Position numbers and translations under genes: made by a program | Notes under the pieces: model-generated | Databases searched by the model: none | What the model was told of the DNA's origin: nothing | Seen by the model: the letters and a program-made list of their open reading frames with translations, nothing else | NCBI RefSeq assembly: GCF_964188315.1 | Contig: NC_135666.1 | Coordinates: 45,756,001 to 45,820,000 of the forward strand | DNA from: Podarcis muralis | Lineage: Eukaryota | Reading direction: 5' to 3' | Length of the DNA: 64,000 nucleotides | In this document: in pieces, positions 25,046-36,508 of the stretch | Position numbering within the stretch: the stretch's first letter is position 1 | Layout: the number at the start of each line of letters is the position of its first letter

Positions 25046-26631
25046 TACACCTGTGTGCATTCATTGCAAGGGAAAGTTGTCCATGCATCTGAAAAAGTAA
25101 AATAATAATTAGTTGCCAAGCTCTGCAAGGAGATTGAACTAGTATGCTTTTTAAGGAGTGAGGTTATTGCTGTGGAATTGGATTGTCTTTTGCTAATGTT
25201 CTGCTATACTGAGCTTCGACAGCATTCATGTAATTAGCAGTTTCATGAATGTGTTAAAGTAAATATCTCCCTGATGCAAATAGCAAGCATGGGGACAAAC
25301 CCATCTTGCGATCATAGTGGGGACCCCATGCCAAGGCCTTCATTCGGCCCCCAGGCCTTCCGTTTGCTATTTTAAAAACTCATTCATGGACCTGAGTGAA
25401 TGGCATCTCATCTAGTTTGGCCCTGTATTACGTTTGTCTTAAATTTGTTTTAATCTGCTAGAGGCTGAGAGGCAAGGGAAAAACATATTTAAAGAAAATA
25501 TCCAGCATTAAGCACTTGGAAGTCCTATTGACTTCAGTGAAAGAGATTTCAGCACATTGAACTCAATGCCCTTGGAAGCACTTAACTTGATTCCATTATG
25601 CTATGAGTAAATATAACTTTTAAAATATTTTTGGCTGAGATATCTTCAGTGTCGAGCTGTGAATGGCTGCTGCATCCTAAGCCACGGTAGCCAGAATTTT
25701 AGTCAAAAGGGAATTGCTTTAGTGAAGGGAAATGAATGCCTTTCTTCTTTCCACACTTACAGCTGTAGTAGACTAAGTCAAGACCTTTTTGTATAATGGG
25801 CTTTGTCAATATGCAGGTAGTAACGTCAGAAGTCTGGAGGATAAACTAAGCTCTCGGTTTTAAAAAAGATTTTATTATCACAGACAAATCCTTGTCGAGG
25901 CGCTGCATGAAAAGGCACAGCAGACAAACTCCTTAGAGCTTGGAACATCCTAAGTAACTTGTTTTCCCCTTTCCCATCATAAATCAGTTATTCAGTAACA
26001 GCCAAAAAGAAGGATGAAAAAGCCTGGCACCTTGCAGCCTGACACAGCTAGTCTTCCGGAATTAATTTTCTCCGATTGTCCTATTCACAGATGAAACCCC
26101 ACCATTAAATGAGATTTAATTACATTCAGGCATAGACCGGGGCCTGTGATTTCTATCAGCTCTTCAGCGGCGTGCCGTTGTGCAAGGAGCCATTGCTCAG
26201 GAAATGCCATCTGCCTTCCAGCACCTTTTGCTGTGGGGTCGCCTGTCAATTGGGATGTGTCATATTCACAGCAAGCGGCCTTGCCTTCCGCAGCGTATTA
26301 ACTCGCCGGCCCACATTTTGCTAATGCTAGATTGTCTTGGGGCGGGGAGAGGGGATGTCATGGCGAAGCTTCCCGCTGTTGAAAGCAGCAAGGAAGACTG
26401 TTTGCTTCGCATGCGAGTGGTAATAGACATCTTCCTGATCTTTGTAGGAAGCGGGTAAGACTAGGGCACATGCACAGAAGACTCCAGGTACCACCAATTT
26501 AAGTGTTATTGTGTTGCAATAAAGTGGGGAGGAGCTGAGAGCCTGGAGGAGAGCAGCTACCAGTTGCAATAGATTGTCCCAAGATAGACAAATGCAATGT
26601 AAGTCAGCACCGTACATAACTTATGGTTACA

Positions 26632-26856
26632 TAAGCCCAGACATTGAGGTCCAGCTCCGAGGGCCTTCTGGAGGTTCCCTCACTTCGAGAAGTGAAGCTA
26701 CAGGGAAACAGGCAGAGGGCCTTCTTGGTGGTGGCGCCTGCCCTGTGGAATGCCCTCCCATCAGATGTCAAAGAAATAAACAACTACCTGACTTTTAGAA
26801 GACATCTGAAAGGCAGCTCTGTTTAGGGAAGTTTTTAATGTTTGATCTTTTATCAC

Positions 26857-26903
<47 letters not shown>

Positions 26904-26955
26904 TGTTGGGCGCTGCCCATAGTGGCAGCCAGATGGGTAGAGTATAAATAAATAA

Positions 26956-26991
<36 letters not shown>

Positions 26992-26992
26992 A
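26632..26992 (+). mobile_element. L2-type LINE short 3' fragment
   Basis: Close similarity to 19340-19620 (gaggtccagctccgagggcc...gacttttagaagacatctgaa), with internal (TTA)n and terminal (TTG)n runs. Confidence 0.88.
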
Positions 26993-27719
26993 CGGTAGCT
27001 CCCAAATGTTTTTTTGGGGGGTCACTGTACCTTGGTTTCGTAAACTAATTCCTAGTGCCCCCTGCCCTACAAAATGGATTGTTCAGAATAGCTGTTTGCA
27101 CAACCCACTAAGGAAGATAACAATAACCATAATTGCACATTTATTCTGAATCCAATAAAAACTAGTTTAGTTCCACAAAATTGATGAACTTGATGCAGTG
27201 ATACCAGCTTTTCAAAGTCTGATAGTCATTTACACCTCCAGCCCCACCTCTCCCCAGTCACCTCCTTGCTTCTTAGCGCCCCTCTAGGTAATCCCTCCCC
27301 CCCACAGGGGATGGTATCACCCACTTTGCGAACCACTGATCTAGTAGATTTTGCATGTGTCTGGCATTTTGAAGAGCTAAATACCACCAAGTAGGACCTA
27401 TAACAAAAAGTGGCAGGGTAGAGCGCTCCTGGTCAGGATACTTTCTACACATCCCCCTTCCATCTAGTGTTCCATTCGCCACCCAACAAAAGAAAAACAC
27501 AACCTGCCAACTATTGAGGATATTCCGCTTCTTTCTAAACATTCCCCGCCCTGCTTCTGCAAATCCTGTGGTTCTACCAAACCACTTCTCCCTTGTGGGT
27601 GGTTTCATTTTGGCCAGTTAAGGAACCACTTTCAGGAGAATGAGCTTCACTATTAGTATATATTCTATTCTTTGGGAGAAGAAAAAGCTAAGTAAACCCA
27701 TCATAAATCTGTGGAGTCC

Positions 27720-28055
27720 CTAAGATGGTTGGATGGCGTCTTGTATGCCTCCTTCCGGCAACTCCTGCAGCCCGGCTGGTGCCAAGTGTATTGCTCTGCT
27801 TTTCTTTGGACTACATCAGCAAGGCTGAGAGGTGGTCTTGTCGTCTGGGCAGCCCAGGACCTTCAGACACACTGCCCAGGCTTGCACCCAGGAGAGGTCA
27901 CTTTGATGCTGTTAATGCAGCAAAAACAATGCAGGAGGCAGAACTTAGGAGTTACCGATCTTTGCAGCCACAGCAGGCGCCGTGATTCTACAGCAGTTTG
28001 ATTTCACTCCTGGAGGTGCACTTCATTGTGTCTCAAGACCGATGAATGCCAACCA
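27720..28055. mobile_element. Probable RTE-clade LINE terminal fragment
   Basis: GC-richer block (gggcagcccaggaccttc...ggaggtgcacttcattgtgtctcaagaccgatgaatgccaac) resembling lizard RTE sequence from memory only. Confidence 0.3.
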
Positions 28056-28559
28056 ATTTGTATATAGGATTTACTCTTAGATCTAACTTAGAGCCGCCAA
28101 GGAACTCAAGGCAATGCAGGCGGTGTCTCCCCTCCCTCATTTTATCCTCATAACCCCCCTGTATGGTGGTCCCAAGCTCATATCTGGAGCTGTACAGCTG
28201 AACCTGCATCTCCCGGTCCTAATTCAATACTCTCTAACTGCTACACCACCCCCAGATATCTGAAACCGCTCCCAGTTTTGATATGTAAACCAGATTTCTT
28301 CCCCATTCATTCTTTGAATACAGTTTTTATCAAGTGCTATTACCTTTGTGTGATTTATCTCAGGCTTTTAAGCAAGGAACACCCCCCCCCCCCTTTTTGT
28401 TAGCATCTCTATTGTAGCATTTTTAAGGTCACTTCTCATTACCATAGAAAGTGCTTCTTTTGAGAGTGTGATGCTTAAGAGTTTTACTTGGATAGCTGGG
28501 GAAAGGGAGGGGAGTACAACTTTGGCCTTTTTTTTTTTTTTTTGCTTTTCTCAAGGATC

Positions 28560-28919
28560 TATCTTATTTACTGCCGTTGCATCCTCTCGGCAAAGATCAA
28601 AGTGGAGCTCTCTTTGAGCAGTCAAAGGTCTCGTTGCTTTCAGTGCCAGAGTGTTCCCATCTGACCACTCAGTGGCATGCCGTGAAATGTTTGCAAAGCT
28701 CTTTGGGGCCAAAGTCGCCCACATCAAATTTGACACCATATGCGAAGCAGGTCAGAGAGGGGTCCTTGGAGCACCGAGTGTTCAGCGCTCCAGGGATCAG
28801 TTTCAGTTGTTGTGGCCTGAGGATGTGGCCAGAGTACTTTCAGGGTGAGGCTCACGTGTCTTTTTGATCTTGGTCCATCCTGTCTTGTAGAAACTAGTCA
28901 AAGAGGATTCACTGGGTTG
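28560..28919 (+). mobile_element. L2-type LINE internal ORF2 fragment (pre-RT linker)
   Basis: Peptide ACREMFAKLFGAKVAHIK...DQFQLLWPEDVARVL resembles the L2 linker pattern C.EFA.HF..KI...DQFQL..PEDV.KVL as I recall it. Confidence 0.6.
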
Positions 28920-28927
28920 GTCTAGGG

Positions 28928-29065
28928 CAGCAGTTCTTAACCTGTGGGTCCCCAGATGTTGTTGGACTACAACTCCCATCATCCCTGAGCTCTGGCTTTG
29001 CTAGCTAGGGATGATGGGAGTTGTAGTCCAGCAACATCTGGGGACCCACAGGTTGAGAACCGCTG
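28928..29065. mobile_element. Palindromic hAT MITE with 8-bp TSD
   Basis: Near-perfect inverted arms and an exact 8-bp duplication gtctaggg at 28920-28927 and 29066-29073, diagnostic of hAT. Confidence 0.93.
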
Positions 29066-29469
29066 GTCTAGGGGGTGGTTAATGCTTTGCTGCAGAAGGG
29101 GATGATGGCCACCACCAGAGCTGGGAAAATATGCAAAAGAAGCATACAGTATGCTTAGGGCATCGAGGGGACGGGAGCACCACAGAAAATTCCCGTTGCT
29201 GGATTTTTAACATTAACGGTCACAAATGGCTCGGCCGAGTATTCATTTTCTCAGCTGAAGTATATTAAAAATCCCAACCGAGCAACTCTGCAACAAGGCA
29301 GGCAGGATGCCTTATCTCGACTAAGTATTGTATATAAGCAGATGCATTACGTAAGATTAGTTTTGAGGATCCGATCAAAGACTTTGCAGTTAGAAAAAAA
29401 ATAGGAGAAAGAAATTCAAATATAAATCAAGTGGAAGTATACAAAAATAAACATCATTTTCCAACTTTC

Positions 29470-29795
29470 CGGAAGAATAAGAACTCAAGATAACAAACTT
29501 TTTGTAAAAGAATGGAAATGGTTTATTGAATATTTACAGATAAATTGCAGACAGATAAAAACATTAGCAGGATTATTGTAATAACCTGCAGTTTCGTAAG
29601 AGTATATATTTACAGTAGATACTTAAATGAGCAAGTGAAATGAATTTGGATATGCAGAAGATATTAAATAATAAATGTAAGGAACTGCAGAAAGAGGGGG
29701 AAGGAAGTCAAATTATGAAATTGATTGTAAACAAATGAAATGTATAAATTTGAAAATAATGAATGGATAAATAAATAAATAAATAAATAAATAAA
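29470..29795 (+). mobile_element. L1-clade LINE 3' fragment with (AAAT)n tail
   Basis: Peptide SGRIRTQDNKLFVKEWKWFIEYLQINCRQIKTLAGLL*, an A-rich UTR and (ATAA)n. Confidence 0.65.
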
Positions 29796-31024
29796 TACTT
29801 TGTACAAAAAGACTGCCCATCCATTAAAAATAATATAGCCTACGATATCACCTTTACCACATGTGTGCCCATTCAGCCACTTCAATTAACAGAATTGGCA
29901 CTACAACAGAGGCCACTTAAAATACCTTTTCCGCATTTGTAAGAACTCTGTTTAGTGTGGCAGCGACTAAACTTTGGAACTCCTCGCCTTTTGAGATCAA
30001 GCTGGCACCTTCACTGTATTCTTTTTGGTGCCCTCTGAAAGCATTCTTCTTTAGACACTTAGAAGGTCGAGGTAATGTTAATCTGTTTTGGTATTTTAAC
30101 TTTTGTACGTTTTAAAGTATAGATGTGAATTTTTCTTGATTTTGCTGCTTTGTCATTTGTTATCTGCTTTGAGGATTTTTATAGTCAATTATTTACAAAA
30201 TTCACAATCATTTGTTTAATAAATGAAGAATTATAAAACACTTTACACGGTTTCCAAGATTTGTTCTGCATATAGTGAGCACAGCAGAACAGAACACCTC
30301 TTCTGATTCTACATTTCCCATAAACTGCAGCACAATAACTTGAGCAAATTGCTCTAGGATCAACGATTTAGTCCAAGTCTGATGGGTCATGAATTCAATA
30401 GTACTTTGTATTCTGCCTTTTTCTGATAGTTTTACTATTAATTAATGTAGCCGTGGCTGCTGCTGCTTCTTTTTTAAAGGCTAACTAAATGGAGCAGCAA
30501 AGCTGCCTAAAGGAGAATTTGAATGCCATCATTCAGCTCTGGAGATTTCTGTTAACAGGGATCGCACAACATTGTGCAACAGGAACTGAATTAAACTTGT
30601 TAATAGTTGATCTGGAAGTGTAGCTTCATCGTGTTGTCATTTTGAATATATTTTACATTTGAAAGATATACGGAAAGCGTCCAGTGGTTTGCTGGAGCCA
30701 TGGCCCTTCCTTCTGCCCGAATCACTTTCCTTGCCATTTCAGAAGCACAGCACAGAACTGTCCTTTACAGCAACAAACATAACAAAACAGTTCTGTCGCC
30801 CCATAATTTGGTGCTGGTTTTGAATATATAAAATCCCAGATCAGACTCAGTGCACTCTTTCTTTCTTGCCAATTAATTTTTATTGCTTTTCAAAAAACTT
30901 AACAAATTAACATCAAATTATTTCAAATTTAATACAAATTTAAAAGTTGATTTCCCATCCCGCTACACTGATGTTCCCTTCCTTACTTGCTGCTCAACGT
31001 TGCATACATTTCTTAACTCCATTG

Positions 31025-31170
31025 CAAATAACCTCCCTGTAACCTCACTTTTCGCGGTAAGGGAACTTCCAGAAGGCCCTCGGAGCTGGACCTTAGTGTA
31101 GATGCTCCTTCAGGTATACAGGACTGAGGCTGTTTAGGGCTTTAAAGGTCAGCACCAACACTTTGAATTG
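31025..31170 (-). mobile_element. L2-type LINE fragment
   Basis: Reverse complement of caattcaaagtgttggtgctgacctttaaagccctaaac...ggtccagctccgagggccttctg, about 90 bp upstream of the ANO10 last acceptor. Confidence 0.8.
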
Positions 31171-31256
31171 ATCAACTGGATGGCGTTCATTCAAACCTTC
31201 ATGCCTACTGTGTTTGCTTAACTCCCCTCATTTTTCTGCCTTCTTTTTTCTTTCAG

Positions 31257-31301
31257 CAAATGAAGTTGGTGGCAGAGTCCCTGAAAGAAAAAGCAAACTA
31301 G
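31257..31301 (+). CDS. ANO10: ANO10 terminal coding exon
   Basis: Strong acceptor (tttttctgccttcttttttctttcag) then CAAATGAAGTTGGTGGCAGAGTCCCTGAAAGAAAAAGCAAACTAG = QMKLVAESLKEKAN*. It continues in phase 0 from ...ALKQQ and resembles the human QMKLVTENLKEE... terminus as I recall it. Confidence 0.9.
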   Translation, partial: QMKLVAESLKEKAN

Positions 31302-33345
31302 GATGCTAAACTGAGCAGCTGTGGAAAGATAAAGACTACACGAGAATTAACAGCCAGACATGCATGGTATTTGTACTACGTTCTAGCACTCCGTAATATA
31401 GCATTACCTATCCTTATTCACCACTAAAAGTCTCATTGAAAGAATATGATTATTTATTTCCCCCCTTCACATACGCTGCCTGTGCCAGCTCTGGTTTACC
31501 ATCTAAATAGCACCAATGTGAGGCAGCAATACTTAATGCACAGCTTCATATCCCCCAAAGCAGTTGAGCAATTGCATCCTTCTGCTAGAATATCTAGTCA
31601 TCATTATTTTCTGTAAGCGGCTTATTAGATGGTTCCCAGCATTTATGAAGGAATTAATCCAAGTCTTGTTTACTGTAAAATGTGATGTATAAATCTGTCC
31701 TATAGGACCAATCCAGCCCAAGGTTTTGGATCCTTTTCAAGAAAAAAAAAAGTGTACTGTAAAATGTATGAGACTGAGTATTACAATATTTTAAGCTTAA
31801 AACCTGTGCCTTGTCAAGTTATTAATTTTAAGGAGCTGGGCAGGGGAAAATTCAGCATGCAGCGAAGCTCACTCAACGTGATGCATCCTCACTGAGATGT
31901 ACAAATTTAACCCTGCTTGTATATTCTTTCTGCTCATCATTCACTTCCATTTTGCCGGGTCATGAGATATAGGCTGTATTATACGATGGTTTTATCTGAC
32001 CAGCAGGAGAGCCATTAAAAATATCTAATCATTGTGCATCTAATTTTTCCTGTGTGTACCAAGATCTTTCTTTGTGGCTTTCAGGCTTTCAAATTTGAGA
32101 ACTTTTAACCCAAGATCCTCTCATGGACATGGCATGAGGCCAGCGATTGTTTTCTAGTGCGTAGGTGTGGCCTGCCCTAGAGGCGAAACTTCCTTCTCTG
32201 GAAAACCTTTTGAAGTCTAGATAAGACTCTAGTTCAATGCTGTAGCTGCTAAGACTGTTGGACATATTATATAGTAACATCTGGTATTAAGAATGGTGCA
32301 GATCAAAGTCCAGCATGCACACCAACTTTCTCCTAGCACTGCGGTCACAACCCAGACAGAAGTAAATTGTCTGGGTTCAGGGCTTGTTTATTGTTTTACA
32401 ATGGAGTAGTCACACAGCTTGTTTACTGGGACTAACTAAACAGCAGTTGGGAAATCATTTTTGATAGCTCAACCTCTTTTGTTTTGCAGATGCATTGAAC
32501 CACAAGGTGTTACTTTTGTTACTTCCAGCCAGGAACACAGTGGGGTCTGCCCCTCCATAATAACCTAGGCGCCTTCATCAGATGTTCAGCTTTAATTAAA
32601 CAGATGCAACCAATATTTCTACAGACATACATAATTTTATTTGTATGCCTCCTTTTTACCATTCTCAGGGAGGCTTACAACACGAAACAAATGCATAGCT
32701 GCAACATAACAAAAGCAGCCATAAACAATATTTAAAAAAATACACAACCCAGTATTTCTGCCCAATTGCTTTCCAGAAAGGAAACCTGCTTTTGCCATCT
32801 GGTGTTCTGACCAAACATAGGATGACCAGCAACCCTGAGGCACTTCTATAACTTTTAGAGTAGTTAAATGCAACTATCTGCCAGCTGAGCCAAACTAAAT
32901 GGTCATACTTCCACCATTCCGGCACTTCTGTTGACCTCTAGGCTTTGCCTCACTTGTACTGCTAGTTTTGTTGTCGTTTAGTCGTGTCCAACTCTTCGTG
33001 ACCCCATGGACCAGAGCACGCCAGGCACTCCTGTCTTCCACTGCCTCCCGCAGTTTGGTCAGACTCATGTTCGTAGCTTCGAGAACACTGTCCAACCATC
33101 TTGTCCTCTGTCGTCCCCTTCTCCTTGCGCCCTCCATCTTTCCCAACATCAGGTTCTTTTCCAGGGAGTCTTCTCTTCTCATGAGGTGGCCAAAGTATTG
33201 GAGCCTCAGGTTCAGGATCTGTCCTTCCAGTGAGCACTCAGGGCTGATTTCCTTAAGAATGGATAGGTTTGATCTTCTTGCAGTCCATGGACTCTCAAGA
33301 GTCTCCTCCAGCACCAGTACTGCTAGTTAAAATGAGCCTAATAAA
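31302..33345 (+). other. ANO10: Putative ANO10 3'UTR (end uncertain)
   Basis: Sequence downstream of the stop. The first AATAAA I found is at 33340-33345; ATTAAA variants occur earlier near 32014 and 32595. Confidence 0.35.
32968..33316 (-). mobile_element. RTE-BovB LINE 3' fragment with TSD
   Basis: Same peptide as the 13434 copy. 12-bp direct repeat gtactgctagtt at 32956-32967 and 33317-33328. Confidence 0.95.
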
Positions 33346-33387
33346 GCCGGTTGAAGAGGGTGTTTAACATGCTGTGCAGTTGCACTA

Positions 33388-33388
<1 letters not shown>

Positions 33389-33430
<42 letters not shown>

Positions 33431-33450
33431 TAAAAATAAAAATAAAAAAT
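33389..33450. repeat. (AAT)n microsatellite with A-rich extension
   Basis: Direct reading. Confidence 0.95.
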
Positions 33451-33499
33451 TTCAGTATTCAGTATTCCAGCATTCAGTGTATTGTAGTCCAAAGTCATC

Positions 33500-33636
33500 C
33501 TAGATAGCTCAGTTGGTTAGAGCATGGTGCTGATAACGGCAAGGTTGCAGGTATGGGACAGCTGTGTATTCCTGCATTGCAGGGGTTGGACTAGATGATC
33601 CTCAGGGTCCCTTCCAACTCTGCAACTCTTTGATTC
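33500..33636 (+). mobile_element. tRNA-headed SINE with a CR1-type 3' end
   Basis: A box tagctcagttggttagagc, B box partly deleted, tail ggttggactagatgatcctcagggtcccttccaactctg...gattc typical of CR1 3' ends. Confidence 0.75.
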
Positions 33637-36292
33637 AACCATGAGAGAACAGAAAGTGGCCTTTCATGGTATTTGAGAATTGCCCTTCCTTACAGCCAAG
33701 CAACTTTTCTCAATCGTGGTTCTGTGGTAAACTTTGAAGGGCAAGAGCTCAGCAGAACATGCCCCCTGGCCATTCCGCCATAGTGTGTGTCCACCCCCAT
33801 TCCTAAAAAGAGCAAGAGAGCTACGTTGCATCATTATAGAGAGAAAATCAGCCATATGTATGCAGCATTCTGCCCAATTTATTAGGATCAGCTGGCAGGC
33901 TGCGGAAAAACAAACCGACATGGGGCAGTGGAATGGTTAGCATGTAGGGTTTTAGCCTGGGAGACTTGGGCTCACTTCCCTGAAATCTTCTGGCTGCATC
34001 CAACTTGGGAACCCATTAAACTTTAGATACGTATCTGCAGGCGGCTGAAACACAGCTCCGAGCTTTAATTAGGTAAAAAGACACGAATCCAACTTGCAAA
34101 GTAGCACTGAAGACTTTTGCCGCCCAAGGCAAAGGGCGAGAGGGCATCTTCCCTTCCCCATCCACTAACAGAAGCTGCCTAGACTAGCAGTTAATACATC
34201 GGCCCCGGTGATGATGGGATACTTTGGCAGCCATGTAATTGGTACATAAATGAAAAAGTGTCCCCCAGTGAAGCAGCAAACTATGCAAGTACAGAGCGTT
34301 AGACTAATAGTTTGAAGTAGGAACCCATCAATGAAAAGTACTGCCTACCCGCCATGTCATTATTTTGCTCATTCTGTTTTCCCCTGCCATCACAAAAAAC
34401 AGTAAAACTTGGAAGCCCCATTTCTACCTCATTCACTTGCCAGAGCAGATGAAAGAAAGGCCCAGATCTGTGGTTCCTTCACATTCCTCCTCCACTATAT
34501 CACTGGTCAGGAAGCATTATCTCCCTGGTAAAATTGTGTGTAGCAAGCAAATAATACTACATTTAGACATGATACACTGTGCGGAAAAGAGAAACCTCCT
34601 TTATAATGTCCTCTACATTTGTGCTTTCAAAAGAAAACTTAATATAAACCGTATTTTCTTCTTGCAATCAATGCATGATTCAGAGTTACACATCTGGAGG
34701 GGGCTGGATAAAACAAGGTCAAATTTAGCAGAAGTTAATACGTAAGGGCAGCGCAAATCCATATATGCCCACTTTAAAGCTTAAGCAGAGGTCAAAGGAG
34801 CAAATACATTAGGATAATATTACGCAAGCTGAAATTATGAGAAATGCACATGGACAGGAAATCGGGAACCTGATCAATCACCTTGACATAAATTCAACTT
34901 GGTCCATTTCAGTGGAGCGTTATGCATCATCAGAAATACAATTGGTTGCATTTTCTACAATCTGAACACAGGCACAATTAGTTCTGTGGCTTGCATGTTT
35001 TTGAAAATGTGAATAGCCACAGCAGTGATAATTATTGTGATAATTAACAATGTGATAATTATTGGGGTGGCAGGGGGAAGAAAGTTTAACCTTTTCCTTG
35101 CCGGTTGTGTAGCCCTGATGGAAAACACAAGTTTGAAGCTATTTGCATTCAAAAGAAACTCCTAGTGGGTGCTAGCATGGGATTTCCTCCTGAAACCATA
35201 ATGGACCTACCACAAGGAATGTCAACATGGTGCCTTGAAGAAGTTGTTGATCCCATCAGCTTCCGTAAGCATACCCAAGGATCAGGAATGAAGGCAGCTG
35301 TAGATCGCCAAAACCATGTTGGCTATCCGTGACAAATTCAGGAGGACTGCAACAGGGGAGGAGCAGGAGAGGAAAGGATTAAACTCCCTTTCCCTGTGTC
35401 AAGGGCCAGGAGTCAACTTTGCCTGCTGAACAGCAGCCTGAAGGGGGAGAAGGCAGAGTGACTCCACCTGCAGCTGATCAGCCTTCAAGGACTCAGAGGA
35501 GAAGGCACTGATGAGAACCAACTGGCTTCAGCCTTCTTAAGCAGAGCTTCCAGCAGCAGTCAGACGCTGGCAACAATGCTTGTGTTTCTGGCCTGATCTT
35601 GCTGCTTCCTGCTCGTCTTGACCCCAAGATCATCGGATTCCCTGACCCCTGGACCATTAGACCACATGGATTGCTGTTCACCCGCTCCTAGGACTGGACC
35701 TGACTTTGGATGCTGACTCTGTCTCCAGGCAAGAACACCTCAGAGACTCTTCTGGTTGGCTGGCCTCCAGCTCCTCTGAGCTCTGCAATCCTGGTACATT
35801 TTGGCCCTTTCTTCAGCAGTTGCATTTTGAGATAAATGCATGCGCGCGCACACACTTCCCCACATACTCACTTTCAGTTGTTGGTTTTATCTTCAGGGTG
35901 CAGAAGAGAAGCAGCCCCTAATTTTGAGGCACCACCCCCATTCCATCTTCAGTGGAAAACCCTTTTGACTTTTCCTTTCCCCGAGGCCACCTGCCTAATC
36001 TGCAATATTTCACTTTTGTATCTAAAACCCAACTTAATGCAAAACATTGTATTGTTATGTTCTACAATGATAGGATTTTTGTTTTCCAAGGAGCTTGTTA
36101 TTTTAACCAAGGCAGGGGAGACGGTTGGGATGGCAGTATAAAAACAAGTTAACTGTTGATATTTAAGCTTAAAGTTCCCAGTGAATCCTAACCATATATG
36201 AGCAATCTCTCTCATACACTGGTGTAATCAGGTTACAAGGTAGAACTGGCGATCGTAATGCCATAGCAGCAATGGTTACAGTCCTTTATATA

Positions 36293-36508
36293 CAGTGGTA
36301 CCTCTGTTTTTGAACATAATCTGTTCTGGAAGACTGTTTGAGTTCCGAATCATTCAAAAACTCAATATGGAAGCCTCAAAACAGAAGCCACGTTTCATGT
36401 TAGACTTCCGAGGCGCGTTCGAAAACCGAAGCATTTACTTCCGGGTTTACGGCATTCGAAAACCGAGATGTTCATCAACAGAGACGTTTGAAAACCGAGA
36501 TGCCACTG
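36293..36508. mobile_element. Tigger-like MITE, complete
   Basis: TA|cagtggtacctc ... gagatgccactg|TA. Confidence 0.88.

Noticed and set aside
33500-33560. tRNA-like A box (tagctcagttggttagagc)
   Set aside because: The B box and 3' acceptor stem are missing and it runs into a CR1-type tail, so it is a SINE head, not a tRNA gene.
35340-35790. GC-richer intergenic block resembling an LTR or DIRS fragment
   Set aside because: I found no TG...CA termini, TSD, PBS or second copy in the window.
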